This document shows positions 9,401 to 17,404 of a stretch of 32,000 nucleotides of DNA, piece after piece; positions within the stretch are counted from its first letter, which is position 1; each line of letters starts with the position of its first letter. The position numbers were made by a program, and so were the translations under genes. Below the pieces are notes generated by a model that searched no databases, was not told the DNA's origin, and saw only the letters and a program-made list of their open reading frames with translations. This DNA comes from Ignicoccus pacificus DSM 13166 (GTDB taxonomy: Archaea > Thermoproteota > Thermoprotei_A > Sulfolobales > Ignicoccaceae), in the NCBI GenBank assembly GCA_025340205.1, contig CP006868.1, forward strand, positions 1,620,001 to 1,652,000, written 5' to 3'.

Positions 9401-9853
9401 ATGAGAGAAAACATTGATGAGGTAGATAAGGAAATATTAAGAATGTTGCAAGAAGACGGTAGGACATCATTTTCCAGAATCGCCAAGAAATTGAATCTGA
9501 GTGAAGCTACAATTCACTTAAGGGTGAAAAGACTCAAGGAGAGAGGGATACTGAAGGGCTTTCACGCCGACGTGGATCCAGAGAAGGTAGGTAAGAAGGT
9601 ATTGGCATTTATATTGGTCAAGATAGATGCAAAGAAGTATCCTGAAACACTCTCGAAAATAGCTGAATTCAGAGATGTTTATGAAGTCCACGATATAACG
9701 GGTGAATACTCAGCGCTACTCAAAGTAAGGGTAAGTAATAAGGACGAACTAGCGAAACTGCTTGATGAGATAGGAAAACTCGATGGTGTCATGGATACTT
9801 ATACCATGTATGCCTTAAGAACGATCAAGGAGAAGAAGACTGTCGAGCTCTAG
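9401..9853 (+). CDS. Lrp/AsnC-family transcriptional regulator
   Basis: DEVDKEILRMLQEDGRTSFSRIAKKLNLSEATIHLRVKRLKERGIL is the HTH, followed by a RAM domain. The ATG at 9401 follows a GGAGAGGGAG stretch. The ORF-track TTG at 9386 is the alternative. Confidence 0.85.
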   Translation: MRENIDEVDKEILRMLQEDGRTSFSRIAKKLNLSEATIHLRVKRLKERGILKGFHADVDPEKVGKKVLAFILVKIDAKKYPETLSKIAEFRDVYEVHDITGEYSALLKVRVSNKDELAKLLDEIGKLDGVMDTYTMYALRTIKEKKTVEL

Positions 9854-11009
9854 GGTATATCCTTGAAGGCGAAATCCTAGTAACTACATAAATCACTACT
9901 TCACCTTTATCGACATTACTCCTGAACGTCGCTTCATATGGCAAAGGCTTACCGTCAAACGTCATTACAGCTGTCTCCCTCTTTAATCCCAATTCGTAGA
10001 GAACTTGCCTTACTCTCTTGCCCTTCGTATCGGCATACACCCACTTAATCCATCCTTGACCTACCACAGCTATGTTTCCGTCTCCATACACTTCCATCCT
10101 TGGGTTCTTTGGAGGTGTTGTGTTAGTTCTGCTAGCCTGCAGCCTAAGTTTACATATCGAACAGACCTCTCCATAACTTCTCAATCTACAGTACTTGCAG
10201 AGCTTTGCTTCTATAACTTTCTTATTGTTAAATGCATTAGAAATCTTTAAGATATTGTTCATTAGTTTCAATTTCGTCGAAGGATTCGAATCCTCGAGTT
10301 CGTGTAAGAATAATCTTATCTTGTCTCCAACAGCTTCTTCCGTATAATAAAGTGGACATCTCTCCTTCAACCATGTTAATCTTTTTGATAAAGCGAAGGC
10401 CAAAATGTCGCGCTCGGGTATCCAGAACAAAGGTTTCACTCGTCCCAGCGTTCCCTTTAGTTTCTCTTCAATAGCCTTCGCCTTTCTTAACTCCTCCGGC
10501 TTTCCAAAAATTAGAGATGAGAGAGCTACTTGAAGCACATCATCTAAGTTATGTCCTGTTGCAACGTAATCCTTACCTAAGCGGGTTCCTATCAGATCCA
10601 AGGCATGTCTCCTTATCTTTGAACAGAGACCACAAGGGGTTCTCTTGAACTTTCTATAATCTAGAGCAGTAAAACCATACAGTTCCTTAGCGTGTACAGT
10701 TATATGTTCCAGTTGCAATTCCTCTGCCACCTTCTTAGCTACTCTTGCCTCAACAGTACTATAGTACGGTACAGTATCCACGGTCACAGTTAGAGGGTTG
10801 TATCCCAATCTCTTTAATAAGTAGGCTAATACTACGCTATCCTTACCTCCGCTCAGCCCTAAGATAAGGTTTCTTGGGATGTCTACCCTCTTAACACGTT
10901 TAAGCATGAACTTCTCAAAGTGTTCTTCACAAAGTCTCAATCTAGCATAAGGGAGACTCACGATGGCTCTTCTCCCACAAAGGGAACATCTCGGAACTTG
11001 GACCTTCAT
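9825..11009 (-). CDS. ttuA: TtuA-like PP-loop tRNA 2-thiolation enzyme with an extra C-terminal domain of about 100 aa
   Basis: It has an N-terminal Zn finger (CSLCGRRA ... CEEH), the PP-loop LSGGKDS, cluster cysteines (PCGLC ... CP) and a C-terminal Zn finger (CKYCRLRSYGEVCSIC). About 100 further residues follow, of the kind discussed in the findings. Confidence 0.75.
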   Translation of the reverse strand: MKVQVPRCSLCGRRAIVSLPYARLRLCEEHFEKFMLKRVKRVDIPRNLILGLSGGKDSVVLAYLLKRLGYNPLTVTVDTVPYYSTVEARVAKKVAEELQLEHITVHAKELYGFTALDYRKFKRTPCGLCSKIRRHALDLIGTRLGKDYVATGHNLDDVLQVALSSLIFGKPEELRKAKAIEEKLKGTLGRVKPLFWIPERDILAFALSKRLTWLKERCPLYYTEEAVGDKIRLFLHELEDSNPSTKLKLMNNILKISNAFNNKKVIEAKLCKYCRLRSYGEVCSICKLRLQASRTNTTPPKNPRMEVYGDGNIAVVGQGWIKWVYADTKGKRVRQVLYELGLKRETAVMTFDGKPLPYEATFRSNVDKGEVVIYVVTRISPSRIYPRARQSSSP

Positions 11010-12529
11010 AGCACTTCAGCTACCACGCTCCTCGCGTGGTGCCTCTTTACAACTACGCTGACCCATCGACCTATTTCCATTGGCCTAGGTATTTCAAAAG
11101 TTATAGGATAGCTCCCCGGGTAGCGTGCATAACTCACTCCCCTCTCTACCTTCTCCACCACCACATTTCTAACTACAGTATTTGCTGGCAATACCCTCCT
11201 CAGCATCCTTTTCTGCCATTCCATTACGAATCTTCGAAAGCCTTCATACCCTTTACCTACCTTTACTTTCGATATCATCTTACTGACTTTACTCCCCTCT
11301 AGAATGGACAACTTTCTTATGTTAACTCTTCTTACCATTAACCCTCTTTTCTCTATTTCGTTCATCAGCTCCTCGTTTATCTTCCATGTTTCCTTACTCT
11401 CACCCGGTAATCCCGCGATGAAGTTCAAGCCAGGTAAAAGATGAGGTAACCCATTCCATCCCCTCTTCGCTCCTACTTTATTTATTATCTCTACTGCTTT
11501 CAACGCTCCTTCTTTGTCCACCTTCAAGTTATTCAATTTCACCACCTTAGGATCTACGCTTTCTATACCTAGGGCGGCAACATCGCCCGGTGTATGATAT
11601 TCTACAACGACCTTCAAAGCTTCCTCGCTTTCTCGAGGATTCCTCGCTATGGTTCCTGGATTCACGTTGTCAATGTGTAGTGTTATGAGTGAAGGAGCTC
11701 TCGATCTTATACCGTAAAATAGTTTCCTTAACTCTTCTGGTTCCGGCTTAGGCCATTCCTTTAAGCCCAAGTCCTTTGATCCGTAAACGAGGATGTCGCT
11801 CTGTCTTCCCAATCTGATGTTCCTGACGCCAAAACGGTATAGCATGCCTACTTCCTCTACTATATCTTCGATTTTTCGGACCTTTGGTCTACCGTAGAAT
11901 GGGTCCAGACAAAAGCTACAGCCACCGGTAACCCATCGAGCGCAGCCCCTGTAGGTTTCAATTTCTGCGACCAAGTTCCCTATTCTCATATTTGGATGTT
12001 GTAAGACCACCTCAGAACCTCTTATTAAGGCCTTACTCCTCAAATCATAGCTTTTCTCATCTTCATAGTCTGATGCATATTCAATGCCGTATTTAGCTGC
12101 CTCATACACCCACTTAGCGACGTTGTGTCTTATTCTTACCACACCCTCTAAAGGTTTAGTTCGGGTACCTCCTAAGCCACCGAGTCCGAAACGAGCCGCC
12201 GGACCAACCAAGTACAAAGGTTTATCGCTCCACAATTGCATGTACTCGATCTCCTTGGGATCTCTTAGTGGTTCTCCTGACAAGTATCTTCCAGGGACTA
12301 GCGCTCCGGCTATTACTATTACTGCATCGACCTTCTCGACCATTCGAACATACTCTCTTCTGTCTTTTCTTACATCATCAATGGTTAGGTAGTAAGCCTC
12401 GTTGTCCTTCGATGCCAGCTTCAAAGCTCCGTAGATCTCACGGGGATACGTATCTATGTAAGGCGGGACTCCTAGTCCTGCTGGTTCATCTGTGTAACCA
12501 TCGACAATTAGCACCCTCCTTAGCTTCAT
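11006..12529 (-). CDS. Radical SAM protein with a C-terminal TRAM-like domain
   Basis: Cysteine motif YRGCARWVTGGCSFC. The central barrel is like those of the radical SAM/Elp3 superfamily. The C-terminus VVVEKVERGVSYARYPGSYPITFEIPRPMEIGRWVSVVVKRHHARSVVAEVL resembles a TRAM beta-barrel. The exact family is not identifiable by eye. Confidence 0.6.
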   Translation of the reverse strand: MKLRRVLIVDGYTDEPAGLGVPPYIDTYPREIYGALKLASKDNEAYYLTIDDVRKDRREYVRMVEKVDAVIVIAGALVPGRYLSGEPLRDPKEIEYMQLWSDKPLYLVGPAARFGLGGLGGTRTKPLEGVVRIRHNVAKWVYEAAKYGIEYASDYEDEKSYDLRSKALIRGSEVVLQHPNMRIGNLVAEIETYRGCARWVTGGCSFCLDPFYGRPKVRKIEDIVEEVGMLYRFGVRNIRLGRQSDILVYGSKDLGLKEWPKPEPEELRKLFYGIRSRAPSLITLHIDNVNPGTIARNPRESEEALKVVVEYHTPGDVAALGIESVDPKVVKLNNLKVDKEGALKAVEIINKVGAKRGWNGLPHLLPGLNFIAGLPGESKETWKINEELMNEIEKRGLMVRRVNIRKLSILEGSKVSKMISKVKVGKGYEGFRRFVMEWQKRMLRRVLPANTVVRNVVVEKVERGVSYARYPGSYPITFEIPRPMEIGRWVSVVVKRHHARSVVAEVL

Positions 12530-12563
12530 GAGTCTTCACTCTCAACCGCTCCGGGAGAAAGGA

Positions 12564-12845
12564 GTGGAGGAGAAATTAGTAAGAGACTTTATACCGATTA
12601 TAGCGGAAGGCTGCTATAGAAAAGCTACTCCCTCAGAAGCTCTTGATTACTTGGCTAAGAAGCTGGTCGAAGAGGCCTTAGAATTCTTGGTTACTAAAGA
12701 CCCCATGGAATTAGCTGACGTAGAAAGTGTTCTCAAGGCTCTTACGAAGTTGATGAAAGTGAATCTGGAAGAACTTACGTTGAAGAAGGATAAGGATAGA
12801 GGCGGATTCAAAGCACTATGGATAAGGACAGAATGTTATCCCTAA
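12564..12845 (+). CDS. MazG-like nucleoside triphosphate pyrophosphohydrolase (PRA-PH-like)
   Basis: EEKLVRDFIPIIAEG ... KLVEEALEF ... ELADVESVLKAL ... KDKDRGGF matches the small all-alpha MazG/PRA-PH family. A GTG at 12564 gives the usual N-terminus. The ORF-track ATG at 12528 overlaps the divergent start codon at 12529. Confidence 0.65.
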   Translation: MEEKLVRDFIPIIAEGCYRKATPSEALDYLAKKLVEEALEFLVTKDPMELADVESVLKALTKLMKVNLEELTLKKDKDRGGFKALWIRTECYP

Positions 12846-12887
12846 GACATAAAGACCTTGACGTACCGAGCACGCGGGGTCCGATAA

Positions 12888-13334
12888 TTGATAGAATATG
12901 ATATAGATTCGCTCTCCCTCGCAGTACTCTTCGCTATAAAGAATGGACTTAAGGATCCTAAAGCTATAGCTAGGGAACTCAACGTCGATGAAGATAGCAT
13001 TCGCGAGGTCATCGAGGAACTCGAGGATAGAGGTTTGATTAAAGTGGAGAAAAAGAAGTTCTTATTTTTCGAGACTAGCGACGTTAAGCTAACAAGAGAG
13101 GGTTACAACACTTTGCTAGCTGCCTTAGATAAGCTGAAACCCAAGTTGGAAGAGGCGAGGAAGATAGCGGTAGAAAGGGGTCCTGATGAGGCCATGGCGT
13201 TCCTGGGAGCAATGGGATTGGGGCTGTTAGCTCCTCTCCTCTTACCCCTACTTCTAGGTGGGATATTCACCTTACCCTTCATGGATCCTAGCGGAGGACA
13301 CAATAATAATATCCATCCTGGTGAACCCTTTTAG
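12888..13334 (+). CDS. Winged-helix protein with a C-terminal transmembrane anchor
   Basis: The N-terminal wHTH is DPKAIARELNVDEDSIREVIEELEDRGLIKVEKKKF. The C-terminal hydrophobic segment is AMAFLGAMGLGLLAPLLLPLLLGGIF. It uses a TTG start, and there is no in-frame ATG near the N-terminus. Confidence 0.5.
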   Translation: MIEYDIDSLSLAVLFAIKNGLKDPKAIARELNVDEDSIREVIEELEDRGLIKVEKKKFLFFETSDVKLTREGYNTLLAALDKLKPKLEEARKIAVERGPDEAMAFLGAMGLGLLAPLLLPLLLGGIFTLPFMDPSGGHNNNIHPGEPF

Positions 13335-13345
13335 GGAAGAGCGAA

Positions 13346-14005
13346 GTGATCGATCTGGCCTACCTCCTAATTGGTTTTATAAAGGCAATACTGTACTTCA
13401 ACACACTAATGGCATCCTCACACACTGACTTGACCTCGCTATTTCCTCATAACATAATTCAAAGCACCCAAACGCTTAGTACAAGCAACTGCACGATTCA
13501 GATAGTCAAAATCAGTAACACTACCCTGCCTATAGCCAAGGCTACGATAGTGGTTACACCCCTATACCTCAAAGGCTGGAGAAACGCGTTCATACATTCT
13601 ATTGAGTATCTAGTATCGCATCATGTTGAAGTAATCCTAGTCAAGCCTGTCTGTAAAGGCTATGTAGATGGAACGATCAAAGATTTAACGAAGGTTGTTA
13701 AAAGTACTAACACTACAACGTGTTATGGTTGGGGCCCAGAAGCGCTTATCTGTATGAACGTCACCGACGTCTCTTCTATAGCTGATTCTCCTCAAGGAAG
13801 CTACGAACTCATGAGATCCTACCTCTCGACGTTTGGAGCTGGTGGCTATCTTGCTTTGGAATACTTGTATGGAAAGGGATTGCTGTTCAAATACGCACAA
13901 TCAAATAAGCTGCTAGTCAATGGAAAACTATACGGATTCTCTAACAGGGATGTACCCCTCTTACTTTGGTCACCTGAGGTGCTCCTGAAACTAATCGTGA
14001 AATAA
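13346..14005 (+). CDS. Hypothetical membrane-anchored or secreted protein
   Basis: GTG start. The N-terminal hydrophobic segment is LAYLLIGFIKAILYF. It has several N-x-S/T sequons (NCT, NTT, NVT) and paired cysteines. I recognise no family. Confidence 0.45.
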   Translation: MIDLAYLLIGFIKAILYFNTLMASSHTDLTSLFPHNIIQSTQTLSTSNCTIQIVKISNTTLPIAKATIVVTPLYLKGWRNAFIHSIEYLVSHHVEVILVKPVCKGYVDGTIKDLTKVVKSTNTTTCYGWGPEALICMNVTDVSSIADSPQGSYELMRSYLSTFGAGGYLALEYLYGKGLLFKYAQSNKLLVNGKLYGFSNRDVPLLLWSPEVLLKLIVK

Positions 14006-14040
14006 ATACCGTGCCAAGCTCTCCTCGCGGGCCTATCGTC

Positions 14041-15996
14041 ATGAAGAAGATAGTGTTGGGGCTAACACTACTGCTCATCTTAGCGATAATGGGTGGTTCT
14101 GCATGGGACACTTACGTGTTTATAGAGAGCACGAGACTCTTCGTGAAGGGTATAGATCCTTACGTATTCTATAACGACGTCAGAGCGTACTTACCAGGTC
14201 TAGGTCCCATGTGGCTAACCTATCCGCCGTTACCCTTGTTCCTATGGGCCCCCTTCATAGCCCCCTTAGTTTACTTGAAGATTCCTCTATCATGGCTCTA
14301 TACGTTGGCGGTAAAGATACCTTCAATCATAGCTCTCTTAGCTTCGGTCTATATGATAAAGAAGAAAAACGGTAAGTGGGTTTGGGTACTCTTTAACCCA
14401 ATAGCAATAGCTACCATATTCATTCATGGAATGTTTGACGTTATTGTTGCGTTCTTCTTACTCTTCAGTCTATTAAACATAGATGAAAGGAAGGAATTAA
14501 GTGCAATAAGTTTTGGACTGGCGCTGGCGACTAAGCAGCATGCAGTCCTAGCTGCCCCTGCCTTCTTAGCCTACTTTCTAAAGAAAAAAGATTTTAAAAA
14601 TATGATAAAGTTCTTCCTAATAGCAGCGCTAGCTTTTGCAATGGTAATACTTGCCTTTGAAGCCATCTTTGGATTCAATGACATCAGCTACTTACTCAAG
14701 AGCGTCTTTCTCTTCCATACCAAGAGACCACCTAATGGATTGGGCTTCGGTGGTTTCGCCGTAATGAACTTCTATGCGGATGCCTTCGACCATTACGCCG
14801 GCAACACAGCTGTGGCCTTGTACATGGGAGGTCATGCTTCTGTGCTTTCGAAGATCGTAGATAAGATAGCACTGCTAATGATTCCGGCTGTTCTGTTAGC
14901 ATTAAAGTTAGATCCTTTGACAGCTACATTCCTCATCTACTTGGATTATATAGCACTGAGTTACGTGGGAGCGATCCAGCATATGGTAGTTCCTATGGTG
15001 CTGGCAGGTTTAGTCTTAGCTAAGGATGACAAGTTACGCAAGATATTGCTATATAGCTTCACGCTATACGCCATAGAGCATGTATTGGTATTCTGGGACT
15101 TCTTCCCGATGTTCCTTTCGCCGCTCTTCCTGAAACAGTTTGGTATGTGGATGGCCTACATATCGAGGCTCAGTGACACGTTCTTCCCTTATTGGGCTAT
15201 GCTCTTAAGAGCGTTCGGAGTTGTAGTAACCTCAGCAGCGCTAGCTCTATTACTGATCTTCTTGACTCTCTACTATAAGGAGAAATTTGCGTTTAGGTTC
15301 TCCGGCCTAATAATACCAACCTTATACGTACTCGAAATACTGCTACTCGCGATATTCATGAGTGGCGTGACTGGTCATGTTGCAGTTCACCATCCTTCAC
15401 AAGCAAAGGGTTGGTGTCTTCTAGTACCATGGGAGAACTCAGAGTATCCAGGCTATAGGATGGGTGACTATCTATCTCCCTTTGCTATTCCCACGCCTTT
15501 AGGCTACTACTCTTACGTCTACCCAGTAGCTGAGAAGGTGATTAAAGATCTCAAGGGGAGGTGCAATATCGCAATTCTAGCTAGAGAGGACTTGTTCAGG
15601 GCTTACCAGTACGTAGACTTACTCTCCGTCATAATGAAATACAACATGACCTATGCTTGGGTAATTACATCAAACAAGAATTACCTAGAGGGATTGGGTA
15701 GTGGTCCTTATCAAACCCTCATTCCTACAATACTATCGAACATACCTTATAAGAAAATGTTCAGAATGGGAGGAATCATGGGTTTCATGAATTTGACGTT
15801 CAACTTCTTACCACCGATATCTTATCAAGGATATTACAAGGTACACAACAGGCCCGTGATCTTCGTGTGGAATATAAACCCCAATGATTTAATTACTATT
15901 AAAGAAATGGTTAGGGGCAAAGACGTTGTGATATTACCTTTTAGAGGAAAGATATTGGACATCAAAGCCTTGGGGCTATCCATAATCGGAGGCTAG
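14041..15996 (+). CDS. Large polytopic membrane protein, probably a GT-C-type glycosyltransferase (DUF2029/PMT-like)
   Basis: It has at least 12 hydrophobic segments. An acidic first loop (SAWDTYVFIESTRLFVKGIDPY) follows TM1 as in GT-C enzymes. A C-terminal soluble domain of about 200 aa follows. The ATG at 14041 (MKKIVLGLTLL) is preferred to the GTG at 14011. Confidence 0.45.
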   Translation: MKKIVLGLTLLLILAIMGGSAWDTYVFIESTRLFVKGIDPYVFYNDVRAYLPGLGPMWLTYPPLPLFLWAPFIAPLVYLKIPLSWLYTLAVKIPSIIALLASVYMIKKKNGKWVWVLFNPIAIATIFIHGMFDVIVAFFLLFSLLNIDERKELSAISFGLALATKQHAVLAAPAFLAYFLKKKDFKNMIKFFLIAALAFAMVILAFEAIFGFNDISYLLKSVFLFHTKRPPNGLGFGGFAVMNFYADAFDHYAGNTAVALYMGGHASVLSKIVDKIALLMIPAVLLALKLDPLTATFLIYLDYIALSYVGAIQHMVVPMVLAGLVLAKDDKLRKILLYSFTLYAIEHVLVFWDFFPMFLSPLFLKQFGMWMAYISRLSDTFFPYWAMLLRAFGVVVTSAALALLLIFLTLYYKEKFAFRFSGLIIPTLYVLEILLLAIFMSGVTGHVAVHHPSQAKGWCLLVPWENSEYPGYRMGDYLSPFAIPTPLGYYSYVYPVAEKVIKDLKGRCNIAILAREDLFRAYQYVDLLSVIMKYNMTYAWVITSNKNYLEGLGSGPYQTLIPTILSNIPYKKMFRMGGIMGFMNLTFNFLPPISYQGYYKVHNRPVIFVWNINPNDLITIKEMVRGKDVVILPFRGKILDIKALGLSIIGG

Positions 15997-16732
15997 AGCC
16001 CATCTCCATTTCGTAATCTATTCTTAGAGGTAGGTCCTGCCCGAAGCTAAGGCTTAAGCTCTCAGCTGCTTGGTACGCTCTAGAAGCATCGTACAGATGT
16101 GCCACTGAATACTTAGCCTTCGCCTTTTCATCAACTATTAGCGACAGCAAAGGGTTACCTAAGGAGAGCTGGGCCTCGTAACTCTTGCCCACGTCACTCG
16201 TGAGGATTCTTATCATATCGTTGCTTGGCGTTTCCATAAGTACTTCTTCACCTATTATCTTGGCATCAGCTACTATATCCCTCAAATCCTTGGGCTTCAT
16301 TGTTGCTTCAACAGTCAAGTCAACTTCTGGCTCTTGCAGATCCTCTTCTTCAGCCATCTCTAAAGCACTTACCTTGAATTCTCTCTCAACGCTAGTCTTC
16401 TTATTTATAAACTTAATTATGAAATATGGGGATCCTGTTTCGTAGCTCAATATAACCATATCATCTCTAGTTCCTCTCTTTATCACCTTAGAAACCTCAT
16501 CCGGTATGAGTTTGACTAGCAGTTCATCTTTCATGAGTACGTATTCCTCGAACGATGCCGCCACCATGTTAAATATTACCATTAAGTTGTTGTCACTACT
16601 CATTCTCTTTACATTTATGCCTTCTTGAGTTATCTTCAATGGAAGTTCCTCGAAGAGCTTGAGTATAGGTTGCCATATCTTTTTGAACTTACTAGCATTC
16701 GGGAAAACTGCCTTGAACGTAACTTCATCCAT
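15962..16732 (-). CDS. pcn: DNA polymerase sliding clamp PCNA
   Basis: The product from the ATG at 16732 (MDEVTFKAVFPNASKFKKIWQPI ...) is 256 aa and ends LRLWIAPRL, the typical archaeal PCNA C-terminus. The 68-codon extension in the ORF track is low-complexity and overlaps the divergent gene. Confidence 0.85.
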   Translation of the reverse strand: MDEVTFKAVFPNASKFKKIWQPILKLFEELPLKITQEGINVKRMSSDNNLMVIFNMVAASFEEYVLMKDELLVKLIPDEVSKVIKRGTRDDMVILSYETGSPYFIIKFINKKTSVEREFKVSALEMAEEEDLQEPEVDLTVEATMKPKDLRDIVADAKIIGEEVLMETPSNDMIRILTSDVGKSYEAQLSLGNPLLSLIVDEKAKAKYSVAHLYDASRAYQAAESLSLSFGQDLPLRIDYEMEMGSSLRLWIAPRL

Positions 16733-16762
16733 TTGAGGACCCAATGTAGCTTCGGTGCCCCC

Positions 16763-16771
16763 TTTATTATA
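16763..16771. promoter_or_regulatory. Near-palindromic TATA element shared by pcn (-) and the 16803 gene (+)
   Basis: TTTATTATA lies 31 nt upstream of the pcn ATG (16732) and 32 nt upstream of the TTG at 16803. Confidence 0.4.
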
Positions 16772-16802
16772 CTCTAGAACAGCACGGTAGCTGGGAGAGA
16801 GC

Positions 16803-17189
16803 TTGAAGGAGATAAAGATTCTCGTAGATGGGGGTAAGTATAAGTGGGTGACGCTCCCCAAGGATGAAGCTCTAAAACTCTTGGAGATGATAGAGGGAGA
16901 ACTTGGAAGAAGTCCCAGGGACCTACAAGAGACCATGAGGTACCTGAGGCATTTCGATGAGTTCTACAGGGATATGAAGAAGAGGTTCAAGGATTTCATC
17001 GCACCTTCTCATAGTTTAGATGACATGATAAGAGGGGTAGTTGTGGTTGACAAGGTGGCTCTCAAAAAGGAAGGAGATCAAGACCTAGCTACCATAGTCT
17101 TTGATAGGAGGGTCAAAACTGAGCTCTTGAAGAAGTTGCTAGAAGAATTGGGTTACAAAGTAGAGATAGAGGTGGAGAAGTTATGGTAG
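16803..17189 (+). CDS. Hypothetical protein (128 aa)
   Basis: Composition is charged and protein-like. It uses a TTG start, with the ATG at 16887 as an alternative. Its stop overlaps the start of the next gene (ATGGTAG). I recognise no family. Confidence 0.5.
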   Translation: MKEIKILVDGGKYKWVTLPKDEALKLLEMIEGELGRSPRDLQETMRYLRHFDEFYRDMKKRFKDFIAPSHSLDDMIRGVVVVDKVALKKEGDQDLATIVFDRRVKTELLKKLLEELGYKVEIEVEKLW

Positions 17190-17404
17190 AGGTCGTCAGG
17201 GTGTTTCTTCACACCTATGATGACGACCTCTTTGAGAAGGCGTTAAAGAAGTTGGAGGAACTTGGTTCTGTCAAGATTTCCAAGTCCATGGTAGTACCGA
17301 ACTACGCTTATTCGGAATTACCTCCATCTTCTTTGAGTAAGGCCAAAGAAGTACTCGAGGAATTGGGAATAGAGGACTTTAAGGTGGTACTGGTTAAAAC
17401 CTGA
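17183..17404 (+). CDS. Hypothetical small protein (73 aa)
   Basis: It is translationally coupled to the preceding ORF and contains two LEELG-type motifs. Its 3' 97 nt overlap the convergent ATPase ORF. Confidence 0.45.
   Translation: MVEVVRVFLHTYDDDLFEKALKKLEELGSVKISKSMVVPNYAYSELPPSSLSKAKEVLEELGIEDFKVVLVKT

Noticed and set aside
12084-12531. Plus-strand ORFs of 102 and 87 aa inside the radical SAM gene
   Set aside because: They are antisense shadow ORFs rich in P/S/L/T, lying within a CDS that has a clear cysteine cluster and an N-terminus that reads as genuine protein.
16733-16936. 68-codon N-terminal extension of the PCNA ORF in the ORF track
   Set aside because: The extension is low-complexity (SSPSIISKSFRASSLGS), crosses the shared TATA element and overlaps the divergent 16803 gene. 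The ATG at 16732 gives a canonical-length PCNA.
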